Positions 57,513 to 60,681 of a DNA stretch of 60,681 bases are shown here, in pieces. The position numbers and the translations under genes are program-made. Under the pieces are notes generated by a model. That model made no database searches. It had not been told where the DNA came from and was given only the letters and a program-made list of their open reading frames with translations. The first letter of the stretch is position 1, and every line of letters begins with the position of its first letter. This DNA comes from Enterobacterales bacterium (GTDB lineage Bacteria > Pseudomonadota > Gammaproteobacteria > Enterobacterales > GCA-002770795). The DNA lies in assembly GCA_041556195.1 (NCBI GenBank), contig JBFFIY010000006.1:1-60681 (forward strand). The letters run 5' to 3'.

Positions 57513-59066
57513 ATGTTTATCCCGAAAATTTTATTAAAGCAGCTTTACATTCGTGGCAGCCTGTCGGTTATTGAGCAAGGCTTCAGTTTTATACTCAGAA
57601 ATTGCCTTAAGGATGCCAAATTACAGAAGTTGGAGACGATTTCTATTAATGGTAAAAATATTGGTCTATCGTCGATAACCATACAAAAGGGAGCAGATGA
57701 GGTTATTTCTGCCAAAGAACTCAATGATGGAGAAGATATCGATTTCCCTCTAAGAAGTAATATCACCATTTTTGTAAAATATGCCGATAAGCTGGATAGT
57801 GAAAAGCAGATAATTGAAATCAGTTTTAAAGTTTTGCCTTTTGGTAAGTTGAGTTTTGATGTGGAAGATGTGGTTTCGTCAGAAGATAAAAATAAAGTCA
57901 AAATTCCACGGGATATTAACGATGACTTCAATCAAGATATAATCAAGAAACGGCAAACATTATTTGAAGAATTTCATGGTGGAAAAGTCGAGCATATTGG
58001 TAAATATTCAATAGAACCACATCAACTAACAGGAAATATAGAAAATTTCATTGGTGTCGCGCAGGTACCAATGGGTTTAGCAGGACCTGTTAAAGTTGAT
58101 GGAGAATATGCCAAAGGAGAATTTATGGTTCCACTGGCAACCACCGAGGGGACTTTAGTTGCTTCATACAATCGTGGGAGTAAATTACTCAATTTAAATG
58201 GCGGCGTTAAATCGACGGTCGTAGGTGATGCCATGCAACGCGCACCGGTATTTATATTTGATGACGCTCGCGGTGCAAGAGATTTTGTAAAATGGATTAA
58301 AATGAATATAGATAAGATCAGAGAGAAAGCTGAAGCAACTTCTTCGGTCGCCAAATTGATCTATATTGACCATTATCTCTCTAATAAATTTGCTTTTTTA
58401 AGGTTTAACTTCAAAACGGGTGACGCCTCTGGTCAGAACATGGTGGGCAGAGCAACTTTCGTCGCTTGTGGTTGGATATTAGAGCATTACGAAAAGAAAG
58501 AGCATATTGAGAATTTTTTCCTGGAGTCAAATTTTGCTACTGATAAAAAACCTTCACAAATCAATATTATGCGAACTCGTGGCAAGAGAGTAGTCGCTGA
58601 AGCTACGATCAAGCGTGAAGACTTACTGCGAGTGATGCGGGTCGAACCAAAACAAATTGATGACCACTGGCGGGTGGCGGCGGTTGGCTCTTTCCTTTCA
58701 GGTGTCAACAATACGGGTTTACACTCTCCTAATGGATTAACAGCGATGTTTATAGCGACAGGTCAGGACGTTGCTAACATTTCTGAATCATCAGCGGGTA
58801 TTTTGTATTCAGAACTGACAGATGAAGGCGACCTCTATTTATCGCTAACCATTCCATCATTGATTGTTGCCACATACGGCGGTGGTACAGGTATTGGTAC
58901 ACAAAAAGAATCTTTGGAATTGATGGGGTGTTATGGTAAAGATAAAGTCTATAAATTTGCTGAGATTATTGCTGCAGTTGCACTTGCTGGTGAAATTTCT
59001 CTGGCATCAGCAATATCATCTTCAGACTGGGTTTCATCACATGAGAAGTATGGGCGGAATCGATAA
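57513..59066 (+). CDS. hmgA: Class I hydroxymethylglutaryl-CoA reductase with extra N-terminal domain
   Basis: ENFIG, PLATTEGTLVAS, DASGQNM, cis-loop SNFATDKKPS, GQDVA, GGGT, C-terminal His; RBS AGGAGG at 57497-57502 supports ATG 57513 rather than 57249. Confidence 0.85.
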   Translation: MFIPKILLKQLYIRGSLSVIEQGFSFILRNCLKDAKLQKLETISINGKNIGLSSITIQKGADEVISAKELNDGEDIDFPLRSNITIFVKYADKLDSEKQIIEISFKVLPFGKLSFDVEDVVSSEDKNKVKIPRDINDDFNQDIIKKRQTLFEEFHGGKVEHIGKYSIEPHQLTGNIENFIGVAQVPMGLAGPVKVDGEYAKGEFMVPLATTEGTLVASYNRGSKLLNLNGGVKSTVVGDAMQRAPVFIFDDARGARDFVKWIKMNIDKIREKAEATSSVAKLIYIDHYLSNKFAFLRFNFKTGDASGQNMVGRATFVACGWILEHYEKKEHIENFFLESNFATDKKPSQINIMRTRGKRVVAEATIKREDLLRVMRVEPKQIDDHWRVAAVGSFLSGVNNTGLHSPNGLTAMFIATGQDVANISESSAGILYSELTDEGDLYLSLTIPSLIVATYGGGTGIGTQKESLELMGCYGKDKVYKFAEIIAAVALAGEISLASAISSSDWVSSHEKYGRNR

Positions 59067-59082
59067 TTGGGTGAATTCAAGA

Positions 59083-59565
59083 GTGAATAAGGCATTACTA
59101 CTAAATAAAATATTGGAAACGCTTGAAGCTGTTCATCAGGTCGCTGTGGATGCTGCAGAACAAGCCCGTGAAGATGCGATGCATAATGAAAATACCGCAG
59201 AAAACAGGTATGACACTTTAGGGTTAGAAGCCGCATATCTGGCTCAGGGACAGTCTAAACGTGTAATAGATTGTGAAGCAGATTTAGCGGCATATAAAAA
59301 TATGTCTGTCATTAATTTTACACAAGATGTGCCTGTTGCGTTAGGTGCCTTGATCTGTTTAAAAGCTGAGGATGATCTTGAAAAATTTCTCTTTCTGGGA
59401 CCGACTGCAGGTGGGTTGAAGTTCAATTTTCAGGATAAAGAAATAATAGTCATTACTCCTTCTTCCCCTATTGGAATGACTTTGTTAGGTCGTTTTGTTG
59501 GGGATGAGTTTGAATTGGATATTGGTGGTCATCATATGCATTATGAAGTTATAGCTATTTATTAA
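59083..59565 (+). CDS. GreA/GreB-family elongation-factor-like protein
   Basis: AENRYDTLGLEAAYLAQGQ coiled coil, LGALI, ITPSSPIGMTLLG; GTG 59083 preferred because 58933 overlaps hmgA. Confidence 0.8.
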   Translation: MNKALLLNKILETLEAVHQVAVDAAEQAREDAMHNENTAENRYDTLGLEAAYLAQGQSKRVIDCEADLAAYKNMSVINFTQDVPVALGALICLKAEDDLEKFLFLGPTAGGLKFNFQDKEIIVITPSSPIGMTLLGRFVGDEFELDIGGHHMHYEVIAIY

Positions 59566-59630
59566 CTACTAACTTTGATAATGTGGTTATTTGAGAACTA
59601 GTATTGAGGTAATTCATTATTGACGACGAG

Positions 59631-60527
59631 GTGTATTTTATGGCTAAACCCGATAAAACAGCTAAAGATTTTGATCCAGAAGTATTGGCTCGATTTGATG
59701 AGTATGTTCATGGAGTCATTAATCGTCGAGAATTTCTCAAAAAAATAAGTCATTATGCGATAGGAGCTGTTACAGCAACCTCTATTTTAAATAGTCTAAA
59801 TCCAAAATATGCCGAAGCGCAGGAAATTGATCCTAAGAATTCTAAAATAGATGGGCAATTTGTGAATTACCCGTCTCCGCAGAATTGGCAGGGCTATCTG
59901 GTCAAACCTAAACATAAAAAAGAAAAACTGCCCGCTGTATTAGTCATTCATGAAAACCGAGGTAGAAACCCTTATATCGAGGATGTTACTCGGCATTTGG
60001 CACTTTCTGGATTTTTGGCATTCTCTCCTGATGCTCTGAGTCCCATGGGAGGGTGGCCGGGCTCTGATGATGAAGGTAGAACCATGCAGAGAAAACTGGA
60101 TCGTGACGAGATGATGTCAAATTGGCTAGCTGCCATTAAGTTTCTTAAATCTCATCCTTTGGCAAACGGTAAAGTTGGCGCTGTTGGGTTTTGTTATGGA
60201 GGGGGTGTTGTTAATAAGTTGGCGGTTCAACTACCTGGAATTCTTGATGCGGGCGTACCTTTTTATGGACGACAACCTGTGCTGGATGATGTTAAAAAGA
60301 TTAAAACACCTCTTTTAATTCAAAATGGAGGTTTAGATAAAAGGATCCTTGCGGGTGCACCGGCCTTTGAACAAGCATTAAAAACTGCTGGTGTAGAATT
60401 TACCTCTTATGTTTATAAAGATGCGAATCACGGGTTTCATAATAACACCACTCCTCGTTATGACGAGGCGGCTGCAAAACTTGCATGGGAACGAACAATA
60501 GAGTTTTTCAATAAACATCTCCCTTAA
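59631..60527 (+). CDS. Dienelactone hydrolase family protein (YghX-like) with twin-arginine motif
   Basis: NRREFLKK, VIHENRG, GFCYGG, HGFHN. Confidence 0.88.
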   Translation: MYFMAKPDKTAKDFDPEVLARFDEYVHGVINRREFLKKISHYAIGAVTATSILNSLNPKYAEAQEIDPKNSKIDGQFVNYPSPQNWQGYLVKPKHKKEKLPAVLVIHENRGRNPYIEDVTRHLALSGFLAFSPDALSPMGGWPGSDDEGRTMQRKLDRDEMMSNWLAAIKFLKSHPLANGKVGAVGFCYGGGVVNKLAVQLPGILDAGVPFYGRQPVLDDVKKIKTPLLIQNGGLDKRILAGAPAFEQALKTAGVEFTSYVYKDANHGFHNNTTPRYDEAAAKLAWERTIEFFNKHLP

Positions 60528-60538
60528 ACCTGAATAAA

Positions 60539-60628
60539 AGGTAACTACTCAGCGAGTTGTTACATGTACCCGTAACTGTTCAGGTTGCCTCTAAAATGAG
60601 TCAGATCGAGGCAAAAAATGTGAGTATA
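60539..60628. mobile_element. Second family B element (window ends before a right end is seen)
   Basis: 60 bp identical to 25456-25515, then TCGAGGCAAAAAATGTGAGTATA identical to 25573-25595. Confidence 0.8.
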
Positions 60629-60681
60629 TCCCCACATGGATGTGGGTTATGCAGTTAATGCATGGAGCTATTAACTGTCTC

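Noticed and set aside
58933-59082. N-terminal 50 aa of the GreA-like ORF
   Set aside because: Overlaps the hmgA 3' end; family similarity begins near GTG 59083

Overview
AT-rich bacterial window, most consistent with a marine Gammaproteobacterium (inferred from gene content). Left half: a maltose/starch unit (MFS transporter, GH13 amylase lipoprotein, LacI), glk plus a second LacI, and a ~15 kb divergent glycan-utilisation locus. That locus holds a TonB-dependent receptor, AGE epimerase, ABC transporter, LacI with four palindromic operators, an uncharacterised six-hairpin-like lipoprotein, GH13, GH130 and DUF1861/GT108, and probably acts on beta-1,2-mannosides. Middle: edd-zwf-pgl-eda-gap-pgi, fadE, an alpha/beta-hydrolase behind a (CATTAG)8 tract, a TatT-containing TRAP (TPAT) transporter, class I aldolase and pyruvate:ferredoxin oxidoreductase. 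Right: amrS, a cassette-like Zn-finger gene, a macro-domain gene broken by one TGA, a Druantia type III-like pair (druH-druE), a stand-alone class I HMG-CoA reductase with an extra N-terminal domain, a GreA/B-like gene and a dienelactone hydrolase. Three families of short inverted-repeat elements are scattered through intergenic regions. No rRNA, tRNA, CRISPR array, transposase or integrase was seen. All family assignments come from motif recognition by eye, not from database searches.
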